Assembly: GCA_964057225.1 (NCBI GenBank)
Contig: OZ059898.1
Coordinates: forward strand, 4,154,001-4,218,000
Length of the DNA: 64,000 nt
Direction: 5' to 3'
From: Auanema rhodensis
Lineage: Eukaryota > Animalia > Nematoda
Part shown: in pieces, positions 37,552-51,000 of the stretch
How positions within the stretch are numbered: position 1 is the first letter of the stretch
Layout of the letters: each line of letters starts with the position of its first letter
Notes under the pieces: generated by a model
Told to the model about the DNA's origin: nothing
The model's input: only the letters and a program-made list of their open reading frames with translations
The model's database searches: none
Made by a program: the position numbers and the translations under genes

Positions 37552-40500
37552 TTTTCTTAACTCTTCAAATTTCTTAAGTATCTCTCTCTCATTTTCGTAT
37601 CCATAATCTTCTACTGTTTTGTTTGAAAAAAGTTTGACAAAACGTTGTTTCTGTTTCCTATTTAAAGTTCGAAGTTTGATACCTAAATATATAATTCTTT
37701 TACTCAGAATCAAGTATTATTTTCAATAAAAATTAGATATTTATAATACCTTATCCTAATTATTTCAAATATTCTGTATTTCAGAGTGCCGGACCATCTA
37801 ATCCTGCAGAACGCACGAGCGCCATCACCAAGTTTTCCCCTATCCGTCCCCCCTCACCTTGCAGCCATTTCCCACGATTTTACAGGTAAATTTGTGTTAC
37901 GGTAGATTACAGTACCTACAGTCTTACGGTAAATAGTACTGTACTGGCGCAAACCGCGTGTCATATATAGTGCGTCAATGTACTATTTAAATATTATTGT
38001 TTGAAATATATTTATAACATTTTATTCAACTTCTATTCATTTTTGTTAATTTAAAATAATTAATTACCAAATTTTCAAGAAAGTTATATATGTGTTTATA
38101 TGATATTTTTCAATATACAATAGGATGCCAAAATATTTAAATAACTTCAGAATTCTCAGAACCCGACACAAACCAGTTACCAGACAGTGTGTGCCCGTAT
38201 CCACCAGCAGATGTTACTAAAGTATCCGTACAGGAAATAAAACAAAACGATAGTCCAAGAGGTATGTTAAAAAGCTTATATATACTTAAATTATTATTTC
38301 ATAATATTTGCATTTTATACTGTTATTTCATCGTTTACATGAAAGTAATCCAATATTAAATGACAAAATGATATTTCAAACAATTTTTGTTAATTAGCTT
38401 ATGTTTTTTTTTCATTTTTATAATTTAAATGTCTCATTTTTCATTTAATCAAAATGTTGCATCGATTGAATAGAATTCACGATCAAATTTATTTTTTGAC
38501 TTCGGGTTTGGCTAACAGGTTGTCACTGGAGTTCAGATGTCTACTTCTGGACATTAGCGAATAAGGTCGGTGGCTTTTGCATTCATAGTCTATCGGCGAA
38601 TTGATCGCAAACGAAGGGTCGGCCGTGGCTTCCCCACTAACCACACCACCCATTGCCTCAAAGTCCCCCTAGTTTTGTCTAGCTATTTCTCCTCAAACAT
38701 GCAGTTCTCTGTATGTCTCTCACCCGTTTCTCTTCACTTACTGAGTCGCCCAGCTCGCTCCTTTCCTTCTTCCTCTTGGCCTCTCGTTCGCTGAACTCAG
38801 GGAGCATGCTTTGATGATCCCAAAGAAGAAGAGGCTAGTGAAAAATGAGTGCCTGAAAAACGTTAGATATGGTCAAGCTTGCGATTAAGTGAGAATATTT
38901 TATATATGCGTTTATATGGTATGGCCGTGGCAAGGCGAGTTTTGACGGTTTTTAGTTATTGAGAACTGAGAACAAAATTTCTTTGAGATGTTAAATTCAG
39001 GAAAGAAAGACGAGATCAAATGAAATATAAGAGTTTCATCTTTCCTAAAAAAGGCAGGAAATAGTATTTCTTTCATAATTCTGTTGTCTTTGCACTTCAA
39101 GCTTTTTGTTTTTCTTCTGCACCTTTTATGGTTCAGTTACTTTCCAACGACATAAAAATGAGAAGCTAAACTCGCAGAGCGTGCGTAGTAATCAGTTCGG
39201 ATCCTAATCCTGCAGACAAACACGCAGTTCTGAAAGCTTGAAATTGTTAGTACTGGCTCTTTCTCTTAAATATCTTCTCTCTTGGATTCTCTAGTGGCAT
39301 GGATCTCACTTGTCATCTATCCAGCTCCGTTCAACGCTACTAGCTTTGCAAAGGCTCAGTGAATAAAACCCCGTATATAGCTGTACTTATTAGTAGAGTT
39401 TGGCTTATATTTCATGATTGAAATAAATTATTATTTCTCCAAGTGATTGATAATGAAATATAAAAAAGTTCATTGTTTATTTTACTATGAATATGTATGT
39501 AAATATTCTGCCAGTTAGATATGTGAAGATAATTTAGTTAGCTGAAGCGAAGCCTTTGTTGTACACCATAGCACATACACATTCATCATCAACAAACATT
39601 CGACGTATGGATTAAATTTCAAGAGGGGAAGGATAGTTGACAACAAGCCCAAAAAGCTTCTAGCAGCAAGCAACCTAATGCTTCAAGTAAAAGTATAACA
39701 AATTTCTCTATTTTATTCACATTCATCTTGTAAAATGCAATGATGAAAAAACTCATTGAAAAATGTTCATTGTTCAAAGAAGCTAAAAGTTTAGGATTAT
39801 GAACTGTTCAATTATAATACTGCAAACACATTATATTGAAAGCTGAACAATTGAGATTTGAAAACAATTTCTATTTTTTTAAATCGCTTTTTCTGAAACT
39901 TCAATTCTGGAGAGTTAACTAGTAAAGTCTCTAATTAACTAAATTTCGACTAATATCGACAGTTTTCTTTATGTTAGCTATTCTGAATTGCTTCGGATTC
40001 AGATTTCTTCGGCACTTACCTTCACATTGATGTTTATTTAGTGTCAACTTATGAATGTTGAAACATACTAAATCTGTTGAAACTGAATTCTCATAACATG
40101 ATTGTTAATGGAATTTGTGAAGTATTTTATCTTTAATATATTTGGTCTAACAATAGGCATTTGAATGAAAGCAGCTACTTTTGCATTTTACTTTAGGCTC
40201 TCTGTCCTTCTTTAGATTTCTCCACCAGTTTCTCATTTTCTCTTGGGAGTTGGTCATCGATTGGAACGAAAAAGGACGTATATGAGTAAGAGAGGACGAC
40301 AGAGGGATGAAGAGAGGAAAGAGATCGAAATGAAAGTATGAAAGGAGAATAGAGAACTCTAAAAAGAGGACGAAATGGGAGAAAATAGCTCCAAGAAAAT
40401 TGTGAGCAAAAAAAGGAAGATGGCATAGAGAGAACAACAGAATGAAAAATCAAGAAAAAAAGCTACTGAACTGAACAAGATAGAGAGTAAGAGAGAGGAG

Positions 40501-42324
40501 GGAAGAAGAGAGAGAAGAAAAAAGAAAGAGAGAGAGAGAGTGAGAGAGAGAGAGAAAAGGAAGCTTCTATATGTAACATTGAAAGTTCACTTACGTGAAA
40601 TTGTTGGAATAATTAATATAACATTCTTAATTGGTCAAAAAATTAATTAGAGGAAATAGTGGATCCTCTTTTTTCTCATTTGAAGTTATAACAATCTGGG
40701 TATCAATTAAGTGTACAACAGAAAAAAAGTATTAAAGCGTTAACTAAAGTTCAAAATGATTTCAATTCTTATGTAATTTCTAATAATCCATGTGTAAACT
40801 TTGAAATGATAGTTTCTTTCTTAATAATTTTAATTATTATAATTAAAAAAATGAATATATATATAAATGTAATTATTATATTTTTAGTTCCATGTCCTCG
40901 TGACTTAGTAGTTGAAAAGAAGTTATCAAGATCTCTGGTAATATCATGGTCTCCACCTGAAGAGTCTTTCGTAGCCGTTTCTCAATATCACGTCTGTATA
41001 GATGGCCATGTTCGAGCCGTAGTTCCTGGATCTTATAAAGTATTATTTTTTATAATATATATATATATATCGTTAATTTTAATATCTATTTTGTAGTGTC
41101 GTGCCTTAATAGAAGATGTTGCATTGGATTCATCAGTTAATGTATCTGTTCGAGCTGTTACCGATCAAGGACATAGCCCTGATGAGGCATGCAATCTATC
41201 CCTTGGAACACGTATGTTTTTCAATATTTTATTCTTCATATTATAGAATATTTTCATCTTATATTCTATACCAAAAAAATTGAAGTCAAATTGAACATTT
41301 GTTGTCTTTTTGTGTATCAAGGGGCCAAGATTAAGTCAACTGATAGGAAAAAAGCTTAATCGACATAAGTTTCGATATTTTTGGTGTATTATATAATAAT
41401 TTTTGAAAATATAAATCATCATCTTTTTTTAAATATTATATTTTCAAAATATTTATAATTAATTAATCGTTATGAAGAATATTATTATTTTTGAATAACT
41501 CAAACATTTTAAAGAAAAACTAATTTTAATTATTTATATATAATATTTAAAAATAATAGAAGTTTACTATGTAGTTATGGGGTTCACATACTTTCTTTTC
41601 GTTTAATGGCAAAATTGTCTTCTAGTAGCAGCAGTGAAATCGATGACATTACGTATATCATACTATAGCCGTTGTTTACTTCGTTTTCTTATTTTATTCG
41701 TTTTTGTGTATGTGATATTCCTCTAAAAGAATGAATATCAGAAAACAAAAGTCTATTTTAAGCTAAAAATTAATAAATAAAACGAGATAGAGAGAGGGGG
41801 AGAGAGAAAGAGAGGGAGAGAGAGAGATAGCAAGAGAGAGAGAGAGTAAAAATATCTGCGAATAAGTGAGACCAATTGACAAAAAAGCAAAATTTTTGAA
41901 GATCCCCTGTTCTTATAACTTAAGATATTCACTTATTCAAGAAGAGAAAGACATCAATTTATAATTTCTATGACCTTATTCGAAAGACAAAAAAATGTCA
42001 GATGATTTATGAGCAGATTTGTATAGCCCGCATTGTGCTGGGTAATGTATATACAAGGCTTTCTCTTTTTTTTTGGGATAAATCTTAAAATTAACCTTAT
42101 CTTTACTTCAAATGTTATATTTTTCTTTATTTTATTATGAAACTTTCCTTTTTTTCTTTTATTTTTCTCAAAATAGACTGAAATAACCTTTGATGAATTC
42201 TCTCTAAATATTCATCTAGCAATAAGAATTTCCTTCTTGAATTTTTAATATTAAAATGGAGTAATACCGATTGTTTTCTTCTTTATTTTTAAAAATAGCA
42301 GTTTTTTTTGAATCAAAAGTTGAA

Positions 42325-42411
<87 letters not shown>

Positions 42412-44271
42412 TGTAATTAAAATTATATCTTACAAATAAATTATAAACATTATAGTTATAGTTAAATTATTCTTATACTAACTATTGTAATTTTTATTAA
42501 TAAAATTATATTGATTTCTATATTTCTTATTATTTGTGATTTAGAAGCCCCTGTAGCTCCTCAACATCTTCGTGTTTGGCAAGTAACTCCCGTATCAGCA
42601 TGTGTCCGATGGTTACCTTCAAATAGTAATGCAGAACACGTAGTATCATTAAACGCTGTTAAAGTTGGAGTTTGTCCTCCATCAGTTTACCAGGCAAGTT
42701 TTATTTAAATTTTATTTTATTTGCTAAGTTTTGCCAATTTGCTTTTATGAATTTGTCTTTGAGCTGTTCAGTTTTTTTCCTTTCTTATTCATTTTACATA
42801 GTATGCATTAGATACTAAATCTTCTGAAAATTTCAATAACGTTCGTTATAATATTCATTTCTTCATCTCTCATAGTTGTGCTAATTTGAATGAATAAGAA
42901 CATCATTTTAAAATGGTTTAGTTCATTAATTCTTGTTCAAAACAAAGAATATTCTCTATCTATATACATATCTTAAAATTTTAGTTTAAAGAATATTTTA
43001 CTTTTCAATATCTAAATCTTATGATTTCTTCTTTTACTCATTATATAATGAAACTATTTATATTTCCTTCTATTATCTTAGAATATTTTTTATTATTTAT
43101 TTTAATTTTTAATATCTTATATTTCATTTGAATTGTCTTTTTACTTTTAAATACATTTGAAAATCGTTAACCTCTCAAACGTTTCTTGTGTTTCAAACAA
43201 GGTGAAATAAACAATAGTTAATGAGATTTTCCACTAAAAAAACTCTTACTATGAATCTTCCTGCTTACCCCCCCCCTCTCTTTTTCTCTCTTTCTCTATT
43301 ATCTATTTTGATTTCCTTTTTAAACTTTATCCCAAAGACGTTGAATGCAGCATGAACTCGTTTACCAAATTGTTATAAAGTGAAACAAGATTTTATGAAA
43401 GAAATATTAGCACCCAAGTTGCTTTGTTTTATATGTATCTTGGATGAATTGGAAGTTTGAAAAATGAAATATACAGATTCAATTGTGAATATATTGATAT
43501 ATTTCTTTCTTTTAGACTTTCAATATCTCTCTATCTACTTATATAATATGTAGATAGATAGATATAGATGTTTATTATAATTTTTCCTTCAATTTCATAA
43601 TTATTTTTATTTTTTATTTTTAAATAATTTCAATTCCAACATTATCTTTATCTATTATGTCTCAAAATTTGTTTAAATTTTCTTCTTAAATTGAAAATCA
43701 TATTCATTTATAAATTTGATTGTAAAAAGAAGTTGAATATTAATAACAACTATAACAGAAAAGGATTTGATTAGTTAAAATTATGTTTTTGACTTTATAA
43801 CACATATCCCTTTTTTATATTTTTCTGTCCGTTCCCCGTGCTCTGCTCTCTTTCTCTCTCCCTCTCTCTTTCTCTCTCCCTCTCTCCCTATCTTTTTCCC
43901 TCTCTCTTTCTCTCGCCCTCTTTCTCTCCCTTTCTCTCGCTCTTTTTTCCCTTGCTGTTCATCTTCAACTTGCTTGTTCCTTACTAGCAATAGTCATGAG
44001 CAAAGCAGCAGTTCTCTTTTTCATTGGACTCTCCACTTCTACACATACTCACGCTAATTAACGGAAAGCAGCTTCAGTCTTCCTCACCACCCTCTACTTT
44101 CTCATATACATATACGTCTATCCTCACTTGCCTTCTCTATTTCCCTCTCTCATCATACCTCAATTCTCTTAGTTTTTCATCATCCTCTTCATTTTTCTAT
44201 CTTTCAGTATTTTGTTTTGCTTCACTACCTCTAGCACTTTTTTATTCTTCAGTAATGTTTTCTTTTGATTT

Positions 44272-44310
<39 letters not shown>

Positions 44311-47300
44311 TATATATACTATATATGAACGTGTTTGTTTGTTTTCTTTTAACTTCAAAATCCTTATAAACATGATATTTAGTTGAAGTTTCTATGCTAT
44401 GAAAGCTTCAATACTTGATTCTCTTATTCTTGTATTTCTAACCAGAATTTGATTTCTGGATAGAAATCGAAGGGAAAAAACTTTCTTAGTATGGCCGTAT
44501 TTCTTTTTGTTCTAATTCCTAAGCCACCCACTCACCTCGTTTCTCTCATTCCTTAATACTCTTTTCTCTTCTTCATGTTGCCTTTTTCTTCATCGTTTTA
44601 CTTTAATCCTCTCTGGTCATAAGCAGGCGACAGACAGAAAAATTCAGTTCTTTTTGAACTTATTGCGATCAAGCAACGCCTGCATGTGAAAGTACACAAT
44701 AGAAGAAGATAAGAAGAATATTCATAAAATGAGAGTATCTTGAAATTCTAATATAGATACATAGATATAATTATAATAAATTAATTAATATTAACTATAT
44801 GCATACATACATACGTATATATCATACATCACTAACGTATTTTCTTTGGATTTCATTCAAATCTTCATATTCTCTCAACAAAATGTTTTTTTTTGATTTG
44901 TAACATTTGCATTGCAATTCAGCAAAGGAATGAAAGTGAAACGATATTCCATTCATGCAAAGTGGTATATGCACGTCTGAGCTCTAAACAGAAGCTTCTA
45001 AACAACTGGACCCTAGCAAGTTGCAATTTTCTTTAAGGTTTCTGCTTTCGGTTGTTTCCTCTATTCTCACAACATACGTGCACATTAATTTTAAATAATT
45101 GTCTTGTTAATTCAATTAATTGATTAATATTACATATTCTCTCATTATTGTTTACGTATAATACCTTATTAATTCATTTGTCCAAACTTTACCATTTTTT
45201 GGATTTTTCTTGTTCATATTTTCTTGATACTTTATGAATTTCATAAAGAAAAATCTGTGAAAATTAGATTAATCATATGACATAATGCTTCATTCTTGAA
45301 TGTATTGACATATTTAACGAAGTCAGATGTTTCATCAAATATTAGATATACTCTACATCTATGTATAGATATATATATACATATATATATATAAATATAT
45401 ATGAAACCTTCATGCGTGTCATATAAATCCTTGTTCGAGAGATCAAAAGAAAAAATCAGAAAATTCTTCTTTTTGGCATTTACTTTCCACTTTTTCTATA
45501 ACTTGCATGGTTCAGCTGGTTTTGGCTTTATATTCAACTTTCAGTTCTCAAAAACATGAATTGCCAAGATGAGAGGTTGATGCGAAAATTCTTCAATTTC
45601 TCAAAATTCTTTTTCTTCAATTTTTATATAAATTTATCCTCAATTTCAATTTACTTATAAAATAAATAACTTTTTCAATATAAAATATTTTACTTTTACT
45701 ATATATATTTAATATTAATTTTACTAAGATATATTTCTTTATATGAAATTTAAGCTTATAAGGAAGTATTATGATTGATTCATAAAATTATTTCAAATAG
45801 CACTTTTTCGCTTCCTTCTAATTCCCTCTCTACTACGTCCTCCTGCTTCTTCTGCTTTCCTGCTCTCTCGATGAAGCTACACCACCGCTAATTAGTCTCA
45901 GACCTATCTTCAACATCGAACTCGTGACGCTAATTGTGCCAATCCAGCTTGTTATCCATTCGTCCATCCGTCAAAAATTGTCGTTAAGCCTTCTGAAAGT
46001 CTGTTGAGCTGATTGCAAAACTACTTTTCGAATAAATTAGTTCTAAGGGATGGCTCATGTCATATATTCAGTAAAATCATAATATTGATATTGCAAGTTT
46101 CAAATGGATTTTTCATGAAAAACTTTTACAACTTTTCTTTTATTCTATGATTTTTTATATTTTTCTCAAACTTTTAATATTATTTATAAAATTAATTTTA
46201 AGATTTTTAAAGATATATGGTAAAGTATAGTTATAAAACAAATAATTATTGATTTTAATATTTATATTTTTACAAATATTAAATTTATAATTGACATTTG
46301 AAGAAATAATGTAATTTTCAGGTTCAATTGCAAGGTCTAACACCATCAACAATCTATCGGATATCAATTCGAACGAAGCATCCCAGAGCTGTTCTCGAAC
46401 AACGTCCGGTTGAGCGTTGTCTTGACTTCAAAACTTTGCCTAAAAGTACGTTTGCATACCTTATTTTCTCAATTGTAAAAAATGTGTTTTCTCTATCAAT
46501 CATCATTATTGATCTTTCAGTAAAATATTTTTTTCTTTATAAAATGATAAATGAAATAGAATTTTATACTTCTCAACATTTTGTATTCAAATAGGAAATA
46601 TAATTTATATATACTCATCATCATCATTATTATTATTATTAATATTTATATATTTCTATTAATTAATATAACTTCTAAAAAAAGAAATGAAACATCAAAT
46701 AATTATTTTAAAAAAAAGTAATAATTAAAGAAGTTTTGTGATGAATGAAAGTAACAAATATAAGAAAATTTTAAAAATATTTAAAAAAGAGTACATAAAA
46801 GGTAGGATTATGTCCTCTGACTCTTACTTTTTTCTTTTTTTTTTGACAAACCTAACAAATAGGTTTAGAATATAGGGTGACAGAATTTAGAAAAAAAAAA
46901 GAAAAGAAGAAAATGTGGCCAAATACATACTTCATGTATGTATATGTATGTATGAATAGTGAATAAAAGAATGAAAAAGTAAAATTCAATTGAATGTTCT
47001 TCTTCTCTTTTGTTGTTTCCTTTTAATTTCTTCTAATTAACTTAAATATATGTATTTCAATGACTAAACTAGATAAAAACTCATGAAGACATGGCCTTGT
47101 ATTATTCAAATTCCTAAAGATAGAAAAAAAAATAAATGTACAATTTGTGTTTGAGAAGAGCTTTGTTAGTAATTTCAATTTTTTTTAAGCTTTATGTGAT
47201 GCCGCGTTAGAAAATGGCGTTCATTTCCATTATATTTAGCCGTTTAGCTTCTATTTTTCTAACACTACACTTGACTTTTCGTGAATTTTGTTCTTTAGCA

Positions 47301-47331
47301 TCGTTGGCCAATGACGGTCACTAGACAACTT

Positions 47332-47380
<49 letters not shown>

Positions 47381-47948
47381 TGTTTTTGAGTTTCTTATAT
47401 TATCAAAACCACATCGTTTTTTTCGGTCAAATTTATTGAGATTCTACCTTAAATTATATTTTTCCATGTACTTAAGAGCACATAGTTAATATAATATAAA
47501 CCTAATTTTTTATTGAAAAGAAAACTCTTCAATGAGTGATAGCCAACTTATAAATTTATTTCAAATATTCAAATAATTTTGAGAATTTCTCATTTCTTTT
47601 TCTTTATTTTATCAGCATAATATATGCTTTATAGATTCTATATATCTATAAGATTATAATGAAAAGTACAGTGAAAACAATGATTTTCTTATATAAGTTA
47701 TGGCTTCTATCGAATCTTCTTAGTAAAAATCGTATCGATAATAAGCAGTTTGTCATGTCCATACATGAATATACACAGTGGCTGTTCCATACAGCTGATT
47801 CAAAATTACTCTGTCAAAGAGAACTAGAAAAAGAAATGTGTTACGACAAATCTTTGTTGTGAAAGATTTTTTTCTAAAAAAAGAAAAAGAGAGAGAGAGA
47901 GAAATGGATAGGAAAAGAAAGGATATAGAAAGATAGAGATAGGTAGAA

Positions 47949-48010
<62 letters not shown>

Positions 48011-51000
48011 AGAGAAAGAAAGAAAGAAAGAAAGAGATAGAGAGGTAGAGAGAGAGATGGAAGATGAGAAAGAAAGTTTGAATGAACGAGAATAAAAGGG
48101 AAGCAAAGAATGTCTTTAGTTTGTCAAGAATATAAATGACTGAAATCTATACGTAATGAACAATAGGTATGGCTTCAATATTATTCTTTTCTTGAGATGT
48201 TATAAAATTAATTTTGATTTTTTCTGAATAAGATGATGTTTTATGATTATTATTATTATATATTCAATGAATTTAATTTATTTTTAATAGAAAGTAATAT
48301 TAGTTTCTGCTATTATTTGAAGATTTATTAGGTTTTTACGAAATACGAGAATAATTCTTGAAGAGATGTGTTCTGAAATCCATATGTAGAGAAGAAATTG
48401 AAGAAAAAAACATTGACCATGAAGTACTTTGCTAACCAAAGAGTTCAATTGGCATCTTTCTTTCCAACAAAGTTTAAAAATTCAAGAGTAAGAGTAAGGG
48501 TAAATGTATATGACTTGCAAGAAAAGAGAGATAGAGAGAGAAAAAGAGAGAATAGAAAAGTAACAAAGTTTCAAATAGAAAATGAAAGAAACTTAGGAAT
48601 TGAGAGTTGTCCGAGAAATAATAAAAGATAGAAAGAAGAGAACATATAGAGACATATAGAGAAAGAGAGAACGAGAGAAAGAAGCTGAAATGACAGGAAA
48701 GCATATAAAGCACTGAGGAAGATCAAGAGGCAATGTGCCTATTTGGTTCGAAGCCCAGCTCTTTATCTACTCAATCCTTCTCAGCTGCTTTCCTAGCAGA
48801 CTTCGCTTACTTTGACTTGTTTGACTTCTTCACTTGTGCCCCCTTTGAAAGTTATTCTCTTATACTCTTTTTTTCTGAACCTTTCTATTCAAATAATATA
48901 AATATTTGAAATTTAAGTAAGAATAAGTGTTTGAGTTCAATATACTTCTTGTTAATCATATTTTGGTAATTGTGTCTTTGTATTTCAAAGAATACCACTT
49001 TTCTGACCTTTTGTTGCCAAACAACTTTTCAAAAAAAGTTTCAAAAGAACTTTTAACTGTTTGGTTTTAAAAGTTTTTTTCTTACATATCCTTGAAGAAG
49101 TTTGTTAATTTCTAGTTTTCTTCAACTCTTTTTATGAATTTTTCATATCCTCCTTCTCGCTTTATGCAAATTAAAATAATAAAATCTTTAACTATACCAT
49201 ATAAATTATTTTTTTATTTCAGTTGGTTTACCAGATCCACCCACAAACGTACAGGTAGAGCACGGTCCTCAACCAGGACATCTTCTGATTTCCTGGACGC
49301 CAGTAACCAATCAACCAAAACCGCCATCTCGTGCTGCCGTAGTTGCTTATTTAATTTACGCCGACGGCAAAAATATTGCTCAAGTTCCAAGTGATACAGG
49401 TATGTCCCTTACATCTACTTTTACTTAAGTACAAACACATTTTCGGCATTTTCCTTTTCTTTTCATTCATATATATGTGTCTTAATCCATTGAAAATAAG
49501 TTTTCTGCTCATTTGCCATCGATTTCTGGAAGAGAACGGTTGAATTCATCTATTCTTTCTTTTTTTTCTTTCTCTCTCTCTCTCTCTTTCTCTTTCTCTC
49601 TCTCCCCACCCTCGCCATCTTTCCAATGAATTCTCTTTGCACACTATTATTTATTTTAAACTTTGAGCTAAATAAACTCTCTTTATATATTCAATTCTTC
49701 TTTCCGAATAAAGTATTTGTTCCAAATTTCCCAATTCGTTCGTAATTCTTTTCTTTTTTACGTTCTCCCTTCTTGCTATTCTCTCAATCCACCTTCATAG
49801 CTTTCTGCTCTTGATCGTCAATTACACTTTTTTCTATATTCTTTTCTTTCTATTTCTATATATGTTAATAGAGAAACGTCGTTTTAACCAAACAGCGTTT
49901 CGCAAATTCTCTGCAACGCGTTCCTATAGCGACGTCAGGTGAATCAAAACTCAGTTTGCTTCTTGGTTTTTTCTATTCACAGGAAAGCGATGAAAATTTT
50001 TATGTTTCTTTCTGATTTACTCATGTTTAATTTGAATTATTTTCATATTTGTTTTTCAAATCAACCTTCATATCATTTTATTCAAATTATAATTATTTTT
50101 TCATTTCAATTATATAATATATTATTTTTATTTTTTAGCTGATCACGTTGTTTTACGTTTGGCTGATTTATCAGACGATCCTCCTATTTTTGTAACTGTA
50201 CGCACAAAAATACGAGAAGGAGCAGTTAGTTCTGATTCAAACGTAGCACGTGTTCCACGAGGACCAGCGGGTCAACCTACTTCTGTTTACGAACAAACTC
50301 CTCAGATAATACCAACAGTACTTGACTCTATGGCATCAAGCTTTCCATCTTATCCACAACCTTCCTATCAAACGGTAAATATATATATATATAGACTATT
50401 ATATATAAAAGTAAAAGAAAATTATTTAGAAAATTTCATTTTTTTCATCAATCTAGAAAAAACTCATTAGATTACAGATAATCTTTAAAACTGATGTTTT
50501 GTTCGGATTATCATACAAAAATATAATAAAATAGAATATAAGGATTAAAAAATGAAAAATATTATTGAGATTAACTTATGTTATCATCATGAATATTCGT
50601 ATAAATCTTTTTATACTATATTATATGTACAGTTAGTAGTTTCTTTAAAAGAAAACTTAAAATATACATATGTAGTTTGATTGTATTTATTTGTTTGAAA
50701 ATAACTTCTTAACAGTGGAGTTTAAAATTCTTTTTCGTCTAAAAACTCAACAATATTGGTCTGAAAATGAAATTTGTGGGAAAAAAATGCTCTGTTGAGG
50801 GTGGAGATAGTCTTTTGCATCTTTAAAACCATTTGCTGAATCCTGAATTTCAGGCTTATGCTACTCCACTCGCTGGTCTATCTGCTGCAGCTTCTGTTCC
50901 CACAGCAGCTACGTATGCAAATCCATCAATGCTCAACCAACTGCCATTTCAATCAAATCCACTTACTAGCTATTCTGCCAATGTGATTCAGGGATACAAT

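Noticed and set aside
43781-48713. ORFs rich in S/L/F or R/E in the ORF track (also at 25036, 33830, 37133, 37459 and 40147)
   Set aside because: Translations of GA/CT and TA microsatellite tracts.
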